From: Candidatus Marinacidobacterales bacterium
GTDB taxonomy: Bacteria > Acidobacteriota > Vicinamibacteria > Marinacidobacterales > DATDRI01
Assembly: GCA_965219415.1 (NCBI GenBank)
Contig: OZ244742.1
Span: 1,888,001-1,952,000 of the forward strand
Direction of reading: 5' to 3'
Length of the DNA stretch: 64,000 bases
The translations under genes and the position numbers were made by a program. Of this stretch, positions 1-11,505 are shown one piece after another; position 1 is the first letter of the stretch, and each line of letters starts with the position of its first letter. The notes beneath the pieces were generated by a model. The model was not told where the DNA came from. It saw nothing but the letters and a program-made list of their open reading frames with translations, and searched no databases.

Positions 1-19
1 AGCAGCCTCTGTGGATTCC

Positions 20-136
20 CTCTCACAGACACCGAGGATCCGGCACTGTAGAAGTCGGCATTTTGCGGGCTTTGTCCGGGCCCGTCAGAATCGATTAGCA
101 TTGGCTGATCTGATAGGAACAACGGGGCGTTTCCCG
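20..136. repeat. Diverged ~120 bp non-coding repeat, copy 1
   Basis: CGGCACTGTAGAAGTCGGCATTTTGCGGGCTTTGTCCGGGCCCGTCAGAATCG aligns by eye with 1791-1841. Confidence 0.6.
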
Positions 137-245
137 TATTCACCATCGGGTGGACGGACCTAGCGGGAGCCAAATGAGTGCGTGGCGTCTAGATGCCCTA
201 GATGGGGGTTTGTCGTGGACAGATGGCCTCGTATTTATCAACCCG

Positions 246-1625
246 TCAGACGCCGCTGCGATAGGCGAAATCGCTCCGTGAATGCACCTGACCGTCTCTG
301 ATGATCAAATCGATCTCTCGAATGTCGCGGATGTCCTTCAACGGATCGGCGTTCAGAATGAGCAGATCGGCCCACTTCCCCGCCTCCACGGTTCCGAGCT
401 TGTCCTCCACGCCGATGGCCTTGGCTCCGATACGGGTTGCGGCGACCAGAGCCTCCATGGGGCTCAATCCACATTCGACGAATAACTGCACCTCCCAGGG
501 AGTGTTGTAACCTTGAAAGTTGTAACCCACCCGCCCACCGCCGTCGGTTCCGACCGCGAGCTTCACACCGGCCTGGTGCATCTTGGTGACGTTCTCTTTA
601 AAAACCGGGATCTTCTCAGCCACCCACTGGTAGATGTCCTCGCCCGCGATTTGCCGAAAACGCGCGTTCTCTTCCGCCATGAAGTCGGCACGGCGCATCC
701 GCTCGAGTAGAAAAGTGGGCACGCTGCCCACGAGGATGGGGTCGTCGAATCCGTCCGGCCGTTCATCGTAACGAAGGAAGGCCTCGAACAGGCTGACGGT
801 GGGAATGATGATAATGTCATTATCGACCATCTCTTGCAGGATGGGATCCCCTTCCGGGATAGGGTCTTCCAATCCGTGCACGATGCCCCGCGGTCGGATA
901 GAAACCGCCTTCCTGTACTCCTCGAGATTGATGGCGTGCACATAGATTGGAACGTCTTCCGCTTCGGCCACTTCCACGATCGCCTCGAGCATATCGTCGG
1001 GCATCACCGGGACGGTACCGGAACGGTCTGCCATTCCGTCTTCGATGACGACCTTGAAGCCGTCCGTCCCCTTAGCGACGTAATCGAGGGCCCGCTGCCG
1101 GGCCGCCTCGGCATCTTTAAGGGTCCTTCCGAGGTGGTTTCCCCAGCCTCCTTCTGGAATGAAAGCGCGTCCCATGGCGTAGATCCTCGGCGAGATCAGC
1201 CGACCTTCCCTTTGCGCCGCACGCCTCGCCCAAATCCATTCCTCGTCGGAAGAAACGTTCAGTACGGTGGTGACACCGTTATAGAGCAGGGCGTTGCCGT
1301 TGTGTTCGATGATCTGTTCTCTCTCTTCGGGCGAGATCTGGTAGGCGATCGGGGCATCCAAGTGGATGTGAGCGTCGATGAGGCCGGGGACCACGAACTT
1401 GCCGGTAGCGTCGATGACCGTCGCTCCTCGCGGCGGCTCGAGATCGGTCCCTATCGCCTCGATCTGATTTTTGCGAATCCAGATGTTCGCACCCGTTTGC
1501 GGAGCGGCGCCGGTCCCGTCGATGAGCGTTGCATTCTGTATGAAGACGCCCTCTTGAGGCGGCTCGGCACTGCATCCCGCGATTACTAGCAATCCGCCCA
1601 GAAGAATCGTGCTGACACTTTTCAT
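246..1625 (-). CDS. Metal-dependent amidohydrolase family lipoprotein
   Basis: Lipobox-like IAGC, PGLIDAHIH metal motif, GTDGG, and the C-terminal G.VEAGKWADLLIL.ADPL motif typical of amidohydrolases. Confidence 0.85.
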   Translation of the reverse strand: MKSVSTILLGGLLVIAGCSAEPPQEGVFIQNATLIDGTGAAPQTGANIWIRKNQIEAIGTDLEPPRGATVIDATGKFVVPGLIDAHIHLDAPIAYQISPEEREQIIEHNGNALLYNGVTTVLNVSSDEEWIWARRAAQREGRLISPRIYAMGRAFIPEGGWGNHLGRTLKDAEAARQRALDYVAKGTDGFKVVIEDGMADRSGTVPVMPDDMLEAIVEVAEAEDVPIYVHAINLEEYRKAVSIRPRGIVHGLEDPIPEGDPILQEMVDNDIIIIPTVSLFEAFLRYDERPDGFDDPILVGSVPTFLLERMRRADFMAEENARFRQIAGEDIYQWVAEKIPVFKENVTKMHQAGVKLAVGTDGGGRVGYNFQGYNTPWEVQLFVECGLSPMEALVAATRIGAKAIGVEDKLGTVEAGKWADLLILNADPLKDIRDIREIDLIIRDGQVHSRSDFAYRSGV

Positions 1626-1767
1626 CGCTGACTCCTTTCTCGCGGTCAGATTCTAACCCGCTTGTCCACCGGACACGCTCATCTCACCGCCAAGGATCGA
1701 TCTAGGCCCTGCTGGGCTGATCCGAAGCCGTAGCAAACGGGGAAATCCCTCATCCTCGCTATCCATT

Positions 1768-1887
1768 CTCTCACGCGGACAGTCGGAGTGCGGCACGGTG
1801 GGAGTCGGCATCTTGCGGGCCTTATCGGGACCGTAGAATCGGTCAACATTTCACCGATCTAGTGGAACGACGGTCCATTTCCTCCCG
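1768..1887. repeat. Diverged ~120 bp non-coding repeat, copy 2
   Basis: CGGCACGGTGGGAGTCGGCATCTTGCGGGCCTTATCGGGACCGTAGAATCG, same orientation as copy 1. Confidence 0.6.
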
Positions 1888-1927
1888 TCGCTAACCGTAG
1901 CCTTCTCCTAGGACAGGCGGAATCGGT

Positions 1928-2330
1928 TTGTCGCGGCGAGATGAGCGCGTTCGCTCAGCAAAATCAAGCTGGCTCTTCTTTCCCGAACTCGGGGTGAGCC
2001 CCGACCAAAGGGCGGTGGATCGGGTCACAGCAAGGATACAAAAAGCCTTTCGCCGAACGGCTAGACGGGCACAACTGCCGGGCCATTTCAGCGTTCATAG
2101 TCTGAGACACACCTACGCAAGCCTGTTACTCCAACAGGGGGAATCTACCGTCTACGTCCAGCGGCAACTGGGCCACTCCAGCATTCGGATAACGGTAGAC
2201 GTTTATGGCCGCTGGCTACCAATGGGCAACCGCGATGCTGTGGATCGTCTCGCAGGGATTAACGAATTTGTAGCGCGAGCGGCAAGTGGTAGCAAAATGG
2301 TAGCAAACGCGGCGAGAAAGAGCAGAAAGC
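1928..2330 (+). pseudogene. Tyrosine recombinase/integrase C-terminal remnant
   Basis: HSLRHTYAS...LGHSSIRITVDVY (H-x-x-R, LGH and catalytic Y) with no N-terminal domains; followed by TGGTAGCAAA twice (2287-2296, 2298-2307). Confidence 0.85.
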
Positions 2331-2349
2331 CTTACGGACCAAGAAGAAA

Positions 2350-3576
2350 TCAACCGAAATCGTCGAAAAGGATATTCTCCGGTTCCACTCCCAGGCCGTC
2401 GAGCATTTGCATGCAAGCCTTGAGCATGAGCGGTGGACCACAGAGGTAGTACTCGATGTCCTCGGGCGCGGGATGATCCTTCAGGTAGTTGTCGTAAACA
2501 ACCTGGTGGATGAAGCCGGTGTAGCCGGTCCAGTTGTCTTGGGGTAGCGGCTCGGAAAGGGCGAGATACCACTTGAAGTTGTCGAACTCTTTTTGAATCT
2601 TGTCGAAGTCCTCGATGTAGAACGCCTCGCGCAGACTCCGCGCCCCATACCAAAAGGTGATTTTACGCTCAGCGTCGATTCGGTAGAACTGATCGAAAAT
2701 GTGTGAGCGCATCGGCGCCATTCCGGCACCGCCGCCGATGAAGAGCATCTCCGCTTCGGTCTCCTTGGCGTAGAATTCGCCGAAGGGGCCGGAAATGGTC
2801 ACCTCGTCTCCTGGCTTCAAACCGAAGATGTAGGACGACATCTTGCCCGGCGGCGTACCTTCGGGAGCTCGCGGTGGCGGAGAGGCGACACGCACGTTGA
2901 GCAAAATGATCCCCTTCTCCTCCGGGTAGTTGGCCATCGAGAACGCACGAGTGACCGGCTCGTCCACGGTGGAGACGTAGCGCCACATGTTGAACTTGTC
3001 CCAATCCTCTCGGTATTCCTCTTCGACGTCGAAGTCCTTGTAGTTGACGACATGCGGCGGGGCCTCGATCTGTATGTATCCGCCGGCGCGGAACGGAACC
3101 GATTCCCCCGGGGGAAGCTCCAAGACCAGCTCCTTGATGAACGTAGCCACGTTGTGGTTCGAGCGAACCTTGCACGTCCACCTGCGAACATCGAAGACCT
3201 CGGCCAACACTTCGATCTTCATGTCCTGCTTGACCTTCACCTGGCACGACAGGCGGACGCCGTCGCGAGCTTCCCCCCGGCTGATATGGTTCTCCTCCAC
3301 CGGGACCATAGCGCCGCCGCCTTCTTTGACGGTGACCGTGCAAACACCGCACGTTCCCTTTCCTCCGCAGGCCGAGGGGATAAAGATCTTGTTCGCGGCT
3401 AACGTGCCCAACAATGTTCCCCCCGCCGGCGTGGTCAGCACCTTGTCCGGATCGTCGTTGACGGTGATGGCCACGTCCCCGGTGGCGACAAGCTCTCGCC
3501 GGGCGACCATCAACAAGCCCACCAGCGTCACGATGACGAAGGTGAACATGAAGACCCCGAGTGCGATAGTGACCAT
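2350..3576 (-). CDS. nqrF: Na+-translocating NADH:quinone reductase subunit F
   Basis: [12 protein letters not shown] 2Fe-2S motif, [16 protein letters not shown]-terminal FDDFG. Confidence 0.97.
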   Translation of the reverse strand: MVTIALGVFMFTFVIVTLVGLLMVARRELVATGDVAITVNDDPDKVLTTPAGGTLLGTLAANKIFIPSACGGKGTCGVCTVTVKEGGGAMVPVEENHISRGEARDGVRLSCQVKVKQDMKIEVLAEVFDVRRWTCKVRSNHNVATFIKELVLELPPGESVPFRAGGYIQIEAPPHVVNYKDFDVEEEYREDWDKFNMWRYVSTVDEPVTRAFSMANYPEEKGIILLNVRVASPPPRAPEGTPPGKMSSYIFGLKPGDEVTISGPFGEFYAKETEAEMLFIGGGAGMAPMRSHIFDQFYRIDAERKITFWYGARSLREAFYIEDFDKIQKEFDNFKWYLALSEPLPQDNWTGYTGFIHQVVYDNYLKDHPAPEDIEYYLCGPPLMLKACMQMLDGLGVEPENILFDDFG

Positions 3577-3589
3577 AGTGCGTCGTTTC

Positions 3590-4207
3590 CTAGAGCTGGA
3601 TGCCTCCGAAAGCCATGAATCCGATGGCCATCAGACCGGTGATGATGAACGTGATCCCCAAGCCGCGGAGGCCGGCGGGGATATTGCTGTAGCGAAGTCG
3701 CTCTCGAATGCCGGCCAGGGCGATGATGGCGAGCGCCCAGCCCACACCCGAGCCAAACCCGAAGACCACGCTCTCTCCGAACGCGTAGTTGCGCTCGACC
3801 ATAAAGAGTGACGCCCCCAAAATCGCGCAGTTTACGGCGATCAAGGGCAGAAACACGCCCAACGCCGCGTGCAGCGTGGGTAGGAAGCGATCGAGCGTCA
3901 TCTCCACGATCTGCACCATCGCCGCGATCGTGCCGATGTAGGTGAGAAAACCGAGAAAAGACAAATCGTAGGACGCCAGCTCCGGGCTGACCCAAGCCAG
4001 CGCGCCTTCCTTCAGTAGGTACGTGTAGATCAGAAAGTTCATGGGAACGGTGATGGTCAGAACGAAGACGACGGCGCTACCAAGACCGATCGCGGTGTCC
4101 ACCTTTCTCGACACCGCGAGAAAAGAGCACATACCCAAGAAAAAGGCGAGGGCCATGTTCTCGACGAAGATGCTCTTGATGGCTAGATTCAAATAGTGTT
4201 CGAACAT
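3590..4207 (-). CDS. nqrE: NQR subunit E
   Basis: [25 protein letters not shown]-terminal GIQL; operon position. Confidence 0.97.
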   Translation of the reverse strand: MFEHYLNLAIKSIFVENMALAFFLGMCSFLAVSRKVDTAIGLGSAVVFVLTITVPMNFLIYTYLLKEGALAWVSPELASYDLSFLGFLTYIGTIAAMVQIVEMTLDRFLPTLHAALGVFLPLIAVNCAILGASLFMVERNYAFGESVVFGFGSGVGWALAIIALAGIRERLRYSNIPAGLRGLGITFIITGLMAIGFMAFGGIQL

Positions 4208-4208
4208 G

Positions 4209-4835
4209 TCAATCCGCCTCCACTTGGTCCGGCTTCCAGGTTCTCAAGATCCAGATGAAGAGTCCAATTATGAAGAACGCGGCAGGTGACAACAGCATGA
4301 GAGCGTTGGGATTGTACCAACCGCCCTCGGTCACCAAAGGCATCAAGGTGATCCCGAACAGGGAGCCGGATCCAAACAACTCCCTCAAGAACGCAGTTAG
4401 CATGAGAATGAGCGAATACCCTAGGGCATTGCCGATCCCGTCCAACACGCTCTGCATCGGCGGGTTCTGCATCGCATAAGCCTCGGCGCGGCCCATGATG
4501 ATGCAGTTGGTGATGATGAGACCGACAAACACCGATAGCTGCTTCGAGATTTCGTAGACGTAGGCCTTGAGAATCTGATCGGTGACGATCACCAAGGACG
4601 CGATGATGGTCAGCTGCACGATGATCCGAATATTTGTTGGAATCTGATTTCGGAGCAGGCTGACGAATAGGTTGGACAGCGCCAGTACCGCGAGGACCGC
4701 CACGCTCATGACCAGAGCGGTGTCCATTTTCGTAGTCACCGCGAGTGCCGAGCAGATTCCCAACACTTGATAAGCGATTGGGTTGTTGTTGAAAAGCGGA
4801 TCGGCGAGCGCGTCTCGCGCCTTGCTAGTCATCAA
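4209..4835 (-). CDS. nqrD: NQR subunit D
   Basis: [33 protein letters not shown]. Confidence 0.97.
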   Translation of the reverse strand: MMTSKARDALADPLFNNNPIAYQVLGICSALAVTTKMDTALVMSVAVLAVLALSNLFVSLLRNQIPTNIRIIVQLTIIASLVIVTDQILKAYVYEISKQLSVFVGLIITNCIIMGRAEAYAMQNPPMQSVLDGIGNALGYSLILMLTAFLRELFGSGSLFGITLMPLVTEGGWYNPNALMLLSPAAFFIIGLFIWILRTWKPDQVEAD

Positions 4836-5617
4836 CTGACTCCTTCAGTTTTCCTCAATCGGTCGAGGTAAGGGCCGAAGCCATTTTCCGCAAGCCAGAA
4901 CTGAATCATGTTGGTCACGCCGCGGCTGGTGATGGTGGCACCCGAGAGACCGTCTACCCGATAGGGATCCTCGGCGGGCGGTCCGGCACGCCCCTTGACA
5001 ACGGTAACGACGGGTTTGTCTTCGTCGTCGAAGGCCAAGCGTCCGTCCCAACGAGCCTTCCAAATCGGATTATCGACCTCGCCGCCCAGACCCGGGGTCT
5101 CTTTGTGCTCGTAATAAGTGATGCCGCGGATGGTGTTGAGATCGGCACCATCCAGCGCCAGAAAACCGTAAAGGGTTCCCCAAAGGCCGTAGCCCTCGAT
5201 GGGCAGAATCAGAGTCTGAATCCCCCCGCTGTCATCTTGGAGCTGGTACACCAAGGCGTTGTCGGCGAGGCGCTGAACCCGCGAGCGATTGTCGGGGGCG
5301 GCTCGACTGGTACTGGGATCCATCGCTGCCTTCCAGTAATCGAAAGTCGCCGGATCGATTCCTTCTGTCTCTTCTCCCGTCTCGAGATCGATGACCACCT
5401 GCCGGACAGGCGTGAAGCGCTCCTCGATCTCTTGGCGGCTCAACTTTTCCTCGTCCTTCGCCAGCCCGGCGGCGATCAGCACATTCCGCTGCTTGTCCAG
5501 CGCCGCGTTGACATCTTGCCGGTCTTTCAGAGAGACCGCGGCCCATGAAACGAAAACCGCGCAGACAACCGACACCACGGCCGCGAACCACAGGTTGTAT
5601 TGGACGCTATGCTGCAT
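4832..5617 (-). CDS. nqrC: NQR subunit C
   Basis: [15 protein letters not shown], and the FMN-attachment motif [11 protein letters not shown]. Confidence 0.96.
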   Translation of the reverse strand: MQHSVQYNLWFAAVVSVVCAVFVSWAAVSLKDRQDVNAALDKQRNVLIAAGLAKDEEKLSRQEIEERFTPVRQVVIDLETGEETEGIDPATFDYWKAAMDPSTSRAAPDNRSRVQRLADNALVYQLQDDSGGIQTLILPIEGYGLWGTLYGFLALDGADLNTIRGITYYEHKETPGLGGEVDNPIWKARWDGRLAFDDEDKPVVTVVKGRAGPPAEDPYRVDGLSGATITSRGVTNMIQFWLAENGFGPYLDRLRKTEGVS

Positions 5618-6827
5618 AGCGAGCCTTCCTACGTTTTATATTAGCCTGCACAACGAAATGGTCAATCACCGGAGCAAAGACGTTCATTAGCAGGATCGCC
5701 AGCATCATCCCTTCCGGATAGGCCGGATTGACAACCCGGATCAGCACCGCTAACACCCCGATTAAGAAACCGTAGATGTAGGCGCCACGGTTGGAAGTGG
5801 GAGCAGACACCGGGTCGGTCGCCATGTAAACCATGCCGAAGGCCCAGCCGCCCAGCACGAAGTGCCACCAGAAAGGCACGTCGAAGAAGGGATTTGTCGA
5901 AGAACCAACGCCGTTGAGGACGAGCGTCATGGCGATCGTTCCGAGGGCGACGCTCAGCATAATGCGCCACGAACCGATTCCGGTGATTACGAGAAGGAGC
6001 GCGCCAGCCAAACATGCAAGAGCGGACGTCTCTCCCATCGACCCCGGGACGAACCCTATAAAGGCATCCCACCAACCAACCCCCCCGGCAATGGCAGCTT
6101 GTCCACCTTCCACGGCGTTCGCCAGCCAGGTCGCGCCGCTTACCCCGTCGGCGGCCGTCACCGCGGCAATCCATACCTGATTTCCCGTGATCTCGGCAGG
6201 GTAGGCAAAGAACAGAAACGCGCGGGCAGTGAGGGCCGGGTTCAAGATGTTGAAACCCGTCCCCCCGAAGACCTCTTTACCAATAACCACACCAAAGGTG
6301 ATGCCGAGGGCGACCTGCCAGAGAGGGATATTGGGCGGAAGAATGAGTGGGAACAAGAACCCGGTGACCAAGAAACCCTCGTTCACCTCATGCTTCCGGA
6401 CCACAGCAAAGACGACCTCCCAGATGCCGCCAACCGCGAACGTGACGATGAACACCGGAAGGAAATAAAGCGCGCCGTGAACGATGCATGCCCAGACGTT
6501 TCCGGGATCGAGGCCTAACCCCAGCGCTCCCATCGCCTCGGTCTGCCACGTGGTTAGCGGAGCGGCCCCTTTCGAGATCGCGAGGTTCGCCTGGTAACCG
6601 GTGTTGTACAACGCCATGTACAGGCAGCCGGCCAGCGAGATCACGACCGTCATCATCATGCGCTTGAGATCGAGGCCGTCGCGCGCATGCGCGGCTCCCT
6701 TTGTGACCTCGCCCGGCGTGAACAAGAAGGTATCGTTCGCCTCCCAGAGCGGATAGAGCTTTTCGAGCTTTCCGCCTTTTTCGAAAAGCTTGGCCTGCTT
6801 GTCGAGTAGGTTGCGTAGGAGTTTCAT
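5607..6827 (-). CDS. nqrB: NQR subunit B
   Basis: [21 protein letters not shown] site, [15 protein letters not shown]. Confidence 0.97.
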   Translation of the reverse strand: MKLLRNLLDKQAKLFEKGGKLEKLYPLWEANDTFLFTPGEVTKGAAHARDGLDLKRMMMTVVISLAGCLYMALYNTGYQANLAISKGAAPLTTWQTEAMGALGLGLDPGNVWACIVHGALYFLPVFIVTFAVGGIWEVVFAVVRKHEVNEGFLVTGFLFPLILPPNIPLWQVALGITFGVVIGKEVFGGTGFNILNPALTARAFLFFAYPAEITGNQVWIAAVTAADGVSGATWLANAVEGGQAAIAGGVGWWDAFIGFVPGSMGETSALACLAGALLLVITGIGSWRIMLSVALGTIAMTLVLNGVGSSTNPFFDVPFWWHFVLGGWAFGMVYMATDPVSAPTSNRGAYIYGFLIGVLAVLIRVVNPAYPEGMMLAILLMNVFAPVIDHFVVQANIKRRKARYAA

Positions 6828-6839
6828 GAGCAGGTTTGG

Positions 6840-8219
6840 CTAGCCTTCTTTCTCGACCGTGGTGAGGACGTCACGGAGAAACGGTCCGTAGTCGTTTTTC
6901 CCCGGGTCCACGAAAGTGCACAGTCCGAGATCCTCCTCGGCCAGCTCCAGGCACCCAAGTTCCTCGGCACGCACGACGTCGCGCATCAGGAGCGAACGCA
7001 GCATCGCCGTCGGCATGATGTCCATCGGCATCACCTTCTCATACATACCTATCGGAACGATGGCGCGGACCGATCCGTTGGTGGAGGTGGTGAACGCGAA
7101 CTTCTTCCCCGGGATGAGCTTGGACACAAAGGTATTAATGATAGAGAACTTGTCGAACCCAGGCCCCAACCAACCGAGAAACTCGCGCTCCCGCCCCTCG
7201 CGAAGAACGGTCACTTGTCGATCATACCGTCCGAGATAACCCAATATCTCTCCGGAAGCCTCGCGTCCCGAAAAGACAGAGCCTGAGATGACACGGTTCT
7301 CTCCTTCCCTTAGCTCGCCGTCAAGGAGATCCTCCGTCGACGCGCCCACCCTCGTCCGCACCAACCTAGGCTGCCGCACCGCCGGACCAGCGATTGCGAT
7401 CACACGCTCCACATCGAGCTTGCCGGTCTGAAAGAGCTTTCCGATCGCCACCACATCCTGATAGCCAGCGTGCCAGACCGTCTTGTTCCGATCGACGGGA
7501 TCCAAACGGTGGATGTGAAGGCCCACCGTGCCGGCGGGATGAGGGCCCTGGAACTCCTCGTGACGAAACGGATCATCTCGAGGTATTGGGACCCGGCTTC
7601 CTGGCGATGTGCAAACGAAGACCGGTCCGTCAGTCAACTTGGAGAGTGCGTTGAGACCCTGCTCGAAATCGGAATGTCGTCCTTCGAGCACAACGTCTAC
7701 CGAAGGCGCCAGGGGATGCGTGTCTATCGCGGCGACGAAAACCGAGTGCGGCTTGTCGTTGGGATGGGCGATGTGGCCGAAGGGGCGCCCGCGCAACGCA
7801 GTCCACATCCCGGACTCGATGAGGAGCCCAGCGACATCGTCCCGCGAAAGACCGTCCGGGTGCTTCCCGGTGAAGGACGAGAACGAGGCTTCTTCGGGCC
7901 CTCCACCCCGGCCCCCCCTTTCGTTCTGGCTCAGCTCGATGACGACAGATTGAAGAGCTCGGCGCTCGCCCCGATGAATGGCCGCCACCTTGCCCGCACC
8001 CGGCGACGTGTAGCCCACCCCGGGCGTCTTTTTGTCCTCGAAAAGGAGCTGGCCGTGGCGAACGTCGTCCCCTTCCGCGACGAGCATTGTGGGGCGCAAG
8101 CCCACGTTGTCACTGGCCAGGAGCGCGACCTTCCCTGGGGTGCCACCATCCTGAACGGCTTGCTCCGGCTCCCCCGAAATAGGCAGCCGAAGGCCCTTTC
8201 TGATCTTGTGTAGTCCCAT
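6840..8219 (-). CDS. nqrA: NQR subunit A
   Basis: [39 protein letters not shown]. Confidence 0.96.
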   Translation of the reverse strand: MGLHKIRKGLRLPISGEPEQAVQDGGTPGKVALLASDNVGLRPTMLVAEGDDVRHGQLLFEDKKTPGVGYTSPGAGKVAAIHRGERRALQSVVIELSQNERGGRGGGPEEASFSSFTGKHPDGLSRDDVAGLLIESGMWTALRGRPFGHIAHPNDKPHSVFVAAIDTHPLAPSVDVVLEGRHSDFEQGLNALSKLTDGPVFVCTSPGSRVPIPRDDPFRHEEFQGPHPAGTVGLHIHRLDPVDRNKTVWHAGYQDVVAIGKLFQTGKLDVERVIAIAGPAVRQPRLVRTRVGASTEDLLDGELREGENRVISGSVFSGREASGEILGYLGRYDRQVTVLREGREREFLGWLGPGFDKFSIINTFVSKLIPGKKFAFTTSTNGSVRAIVPIGMYEKVMPMDIMPTAMLRSLLMRDVVRAEELGCLELAEEDLGLCTFVDPGKNDYGPFLRDVLTTVEKEG

Positions 8220-8470
8220 TTATCCGCTTAGCAACGCGCTGGCTACCAACAAAACCCTATATTTTAGCGCAACCGCACGCCTCCCGAACACTATTATTGC
8301 TTCCAATCTAGATCGGTGCTCACGCCGGACCAGAAATGACCAAACCCGTGTCCAAATTAGCGACCAGGATTGCAGGTTTGCCCGTAGGGGCGGTCGCGTG
8401 CTAAAGACCAAACGTCTCGCTGGGGGACGCACGCACCCCGCACCCTGTCCCCGAGCTACAATAATAGGTA

Positions 8471-9430
8471 ATGCCTTTCGCAAGCCGTCGAAGACTCCGC
8501 CCCATGGGGCTCGGGGCCTTGTGGTTGCTCCTTTGCGGCCCTGCCATCGAAGGCGGCGAATCGAGCCCAAGGGCGAGGGTTCCTGCTTTAAGGCAGGAGA
8601 CGACGCGCTTCTCGGTAGACGTCAACGCCGTCGCCCTGGACGTCGTGGTGACCGACCGGAAGGGTCGATTCGTGAAGGGTTTGAAGGAAGAGGATTTCGT
8701 CGTTCTAGAAGACGGCGTTCCGCAAGAGTTGACATTCTTCACCTCCGGCAACACCCCAATCACCGTGCTTCTCCTCTTGGATAGCTCTGCCAGCGTCCGC
8801 TCGCACCAAGAAGAGGTTCAGAAGGACGCCAACCGGTTCATCAGCAAGCTGCAAAAGGGAGATCAGGCTCGAATCGGGTTGTTCCACAACGAGGTGATCT
8901 TCGGTCCCAGATTCACGGACGACATGGACGAACACATCGCAATGATCAACCGCATGCGCCCGCAACGCAGCACCCACCTCTACGACGCGCTCCTGAGTGG
9001 CCTCCACGAACTGTCTGTGATTCCCGATCGCAGGGCCCTGCTCGTATTCACCGATGGCGCCGACGGAGGCAGCACCGCGACCCGAGAGGATGTGCTGGAA
9101 GCGTCACGTCGATCCCAAGCCTCGGTATACACAGTCGGTCTCGTGGGGTGGAGCTTCGAGGAAGGGATGAACACCAACCAGCAGCTGCTCACGCAGATAG
9201 CCGAGTACACCGGGGGCCGTGCCTTCTTTCCGCAAAAGGAAAAGGAGATGCGGAAAGCCTTCGACCGCATCCGAGACGAGTTGCATCGCACTTATCGCTT
9301 GGCGTACTTCCCCCCAAGAAAGGTGGACCACGCCACCTGGCACTCGGTCGAAGTACAACTCGCTAAGCGCAAGAATCTCGTCGTGCGGACCCGCTTGGGA
9401 TACTACAGCTATCCCGGCCAGACACAGTAA
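8471..9430 (+). CDS. VWA domain protein (Acidobacterial VWFA type)
   Basis: VTDRKGRFV.GL...DF.V.EDG, MIDAS LDSSAS, T.LYDAL, FTDGAD, TGG; true start may be 8504. Confidence 0.85.
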   Translation: MPFASRRRLRPMGLGALWLLLCGPAIEGGESSPRARVPALRQETTRFSVDVNAVALDVVVTDRKGRFVKGLKEEDFVVLEDGVPQELTFFTSGNTPITVLLLLDSSASVRSHQEEVQKDANRFISKLQKGDQARIGLFHNEVIFGPRFTDDMDEHIAMINRMRPQRSTHLYDALLSGLHELSVIPDRRALLVFTDGADGGSTATREDVLEASRRSQASVYTVGLVGWSFEEGMNTNQQLLTQIAEYTGGRAFFPQKEKEMRKAFDRIRDELHRTYRLAYFPPRKVDHATWHSVEVQLAKRKNLVVRTRLGYYSYPGQTQ

Positions 9431-10195
9431 ATGATGACGTCGATTCGCCTCGCGCTGCTGTTCATCGCACTCTCATCCTCCTCTCAGGATCCCGATCGGC
9501 AGCTCCGCGACTGGTCGGCCTCGGGACGAACAGACGCGGTTCGCAAACTCCTGGCAGAGAGCGAAACCGTGGACGTCGGCACCCGCGATGGCATGGGTTG
9601 GACCCCTTTGATGTACGCGGCCGAATCCGGACACGCTGAGATCGTGGCTTTGCTCATCGAAGCCGGCGCCAACGTTTACTCCGAGAACAACGACGGCGCA
9701 ACGGCGCTTCATCTGGCGGCCGAGAAGGGCCGTACGAAAGTGGCGCGGATTCTTTTGAAGGCGGGAGCCGACTTCGACGCCCGGGATGGCGAGGATCGAA
9801 CGCCGCTGTACCGAGCGTTCGACAAGCGTCACGGAGAAATCATCGAGCTCCTGCAGCAAGCGGCCCTGAAGGAAGCCGATCGCAAGGCTTCGGTCGAGAC
9901 GGGGCGAGTGCAACAGGACACGCACCCCCCGAAGCTCATCGAGTCGTCTCCGGCCGAGTACACGAACATCGGTTTGAACCGCGGTATCGAAGGAACCGTC
10001 GTCCTCATGATCCTCGTCCGCAGGGATGGATCGGTCGAGCCGGTGAGCGTCTCGGAGGGGCTCGAGGAGACCCTCGACGAGAGCGCGCGGAGAACCGTCC
10101 GGAAATGGAAGTTCGAGCCCGCCACGCGAGCCGGGAGTCCGGTAGAAATCATCATGGAAGTAAGAATCGACTTCGAACTTCCGACGGAGCCGTGA
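9431..10195 (+). CDS. Ankyrin-repeat protein with C-terminal TonB domain
   Basis: GWTPLMYAA, GATALHLAA and RTPLYRA ankyrin repeats; C-terminal IEGTVVL...WKFEPA TonB_C motif. Confidence 0.8.
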   Translation: MMTSIRLALLFIALSSSSQDPDRQLRDWSASGRTDAVRKLLAESETVDVGTRDGMGWTPLMYAAESGHAEIVALLIEAGANVYSENNDGATALHLAAEKGRTKVARILLKAGADFDARDGEDRTPLYRAFDKRHGEIIELLQQAALKEADRKASVETGRVQQDTHPPKLIESSPAEYTNIGLNRGIEGTVVLMILVRRDGSVEPVSVSEGLEETLDESARRTVRKWKFEPATRAGSPVEIIMEVRIDFELPTEP

Positions 10196-10223
10196 ATTCT
10201 GTTAAAGGGAGGGCGAAGCCTAT

Positions 10224-11399
10224 CTAGTTCTTGACCGCGGTAGTAAGCGTGTCCAGCTGCGCGCGCGCCGACAGGTAGTTGGGATCAACTTCGAGGGTTG
10301 CGCGGAACTCTTTGATCGCCTTCTCCGTATTGCCTTGCTTCAAATAGCACCAGCCCAGATAGTATCGAGCGTCGGCAAGGTCCGGCTCTTTGGAGATGGC
10401 TTTCTTGAACTGCCGGATCGCTTGGTCGTACTGCTCGAGCCGGAAATGAACCACGCCCAGGTGGTGAAAGAAATATCCGTTCGACCCGGAATTCTTGGTG
10501 GCGAGCTGGAACTCTTTGATCGCGTCCTCCTCCCGTCCCTGATAGAGGTAGGCCGCGCCGAGATTGGAATGCACGTCCCCGAAATTCGGCTCGTCCGCGA
10601 TCGCCTGCTTGTATTGCTCGATCGCTTCTTCGACATGACCGCGACGCCTTAGGGCCACTCCCAAGTTGTTCCGGGCGCGCACGAACTTGGGCATGATCTC
10701 TAGCGCGAGCTCATACATCTCCAGCTCTTTTTCCAGAGGATCGAAACCGAGGTCCTTCCCTTCCGTCTCGGTGAAGTAACCGTAGAGGAAGCCCTGGTTG
10801 TTGTAGAAGTTCGCGATCGCCTCCAGGTCATCGATGACGTCGTACCCAATGTATTCTCGCTCCGGCGTGCGCGTGAAATCGATAATGGCGATCTTGGTTC
10901 CCTTTCGGTACCCGGCGGTGATGTGCCCATTGTTGACAATGACTTCCGCCTCTCTCGACACGCGCTCGATCATCGTCACGTCGACGTAGACCGCTTCGAT
11001 TCCTACTTCTCGGGCCATCCCCACGAATAGATTCGAATAGGCCAGGCAATTTCCGCGGCCCTCCCGGAAGACTTCCTTTGCGGTCTTGTTGGAAAGCCAG
11101 TCGTAGGAGATGGAAAGACCGGTCAGATCGATAATCTTGTTGACGATCGCGCGCACTTTGGTGCTGTCATCACTGGCGCTATTGGTGATGTCATGGGCGA
11201 CCTGGCGGATCTCGTCATCGATCTCGAAAGGGATAACGACCTGGTCTCGCATTTGAGTGGAGACGCGATCGTCATAGGCCGCGGCCACCTCGTCGGTCGT
11301 GTAGATCTTCTTCTCCGCCGAGAGGCAGGCGTTCAGCAGAAAAACTGGAAGGGTGGCCAACAAGAGTAGCCGAGTGTGGGTCCAAAACATCGGTGTCAC
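10224..11399 (-). CDS. Transglutaminase-like plus TPR lipoprotein
   Basis: Lipobox LNAC, GNCLAYS (Cys), GH and IDF triad candidates, several C-terminal TPRs (NNLGVAL, SNLGAAY). Confidence 0.8.
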   Translation of the reverse strand: MTPMFWTHTRLLLLATLPVFLLNACLSAEKKIYTTDEVAAAYDDRVSTQMRDQVVIPFEIDDEIRQVAHDITNSASDDSTKVRAIVNKIIDLTGLSISYDWLSNKTAKEVFREGRGNCLAYSNLFVGMAREVGIEAVYVDVTMIERVSREAEVIVNNGHITAGYRKGTKIAIIDFTRTPEREYIGYDVIDDLEAIANFYNNQGFLYGYFTETEGKDLGFDPLEKELEMYELALEIMPKFVRARNNLGVALRRRGHVEEAIEQYKQAIADEPNFGDVHSNLGAAYLYQGREEDAIKEFQLATKNSGSNGYFFHHLGVVHFRLEQYDQAIRQFKKAISKEPDLADARYYLGWCYLKQGNTEKAIKEFRATLEVDPNYLSARAQLDTLTTAVKN

Positions 11400-11505
11400 C
11401 GATAGAAACCATTATAGCACGGACCCTTTCGCCACAAGATTAGTCCAACCTACGGCTAGACGGCACGCGGCGCTAGCCCCTAAAGAGTGCTATATTTAGC
11501 GGTTT

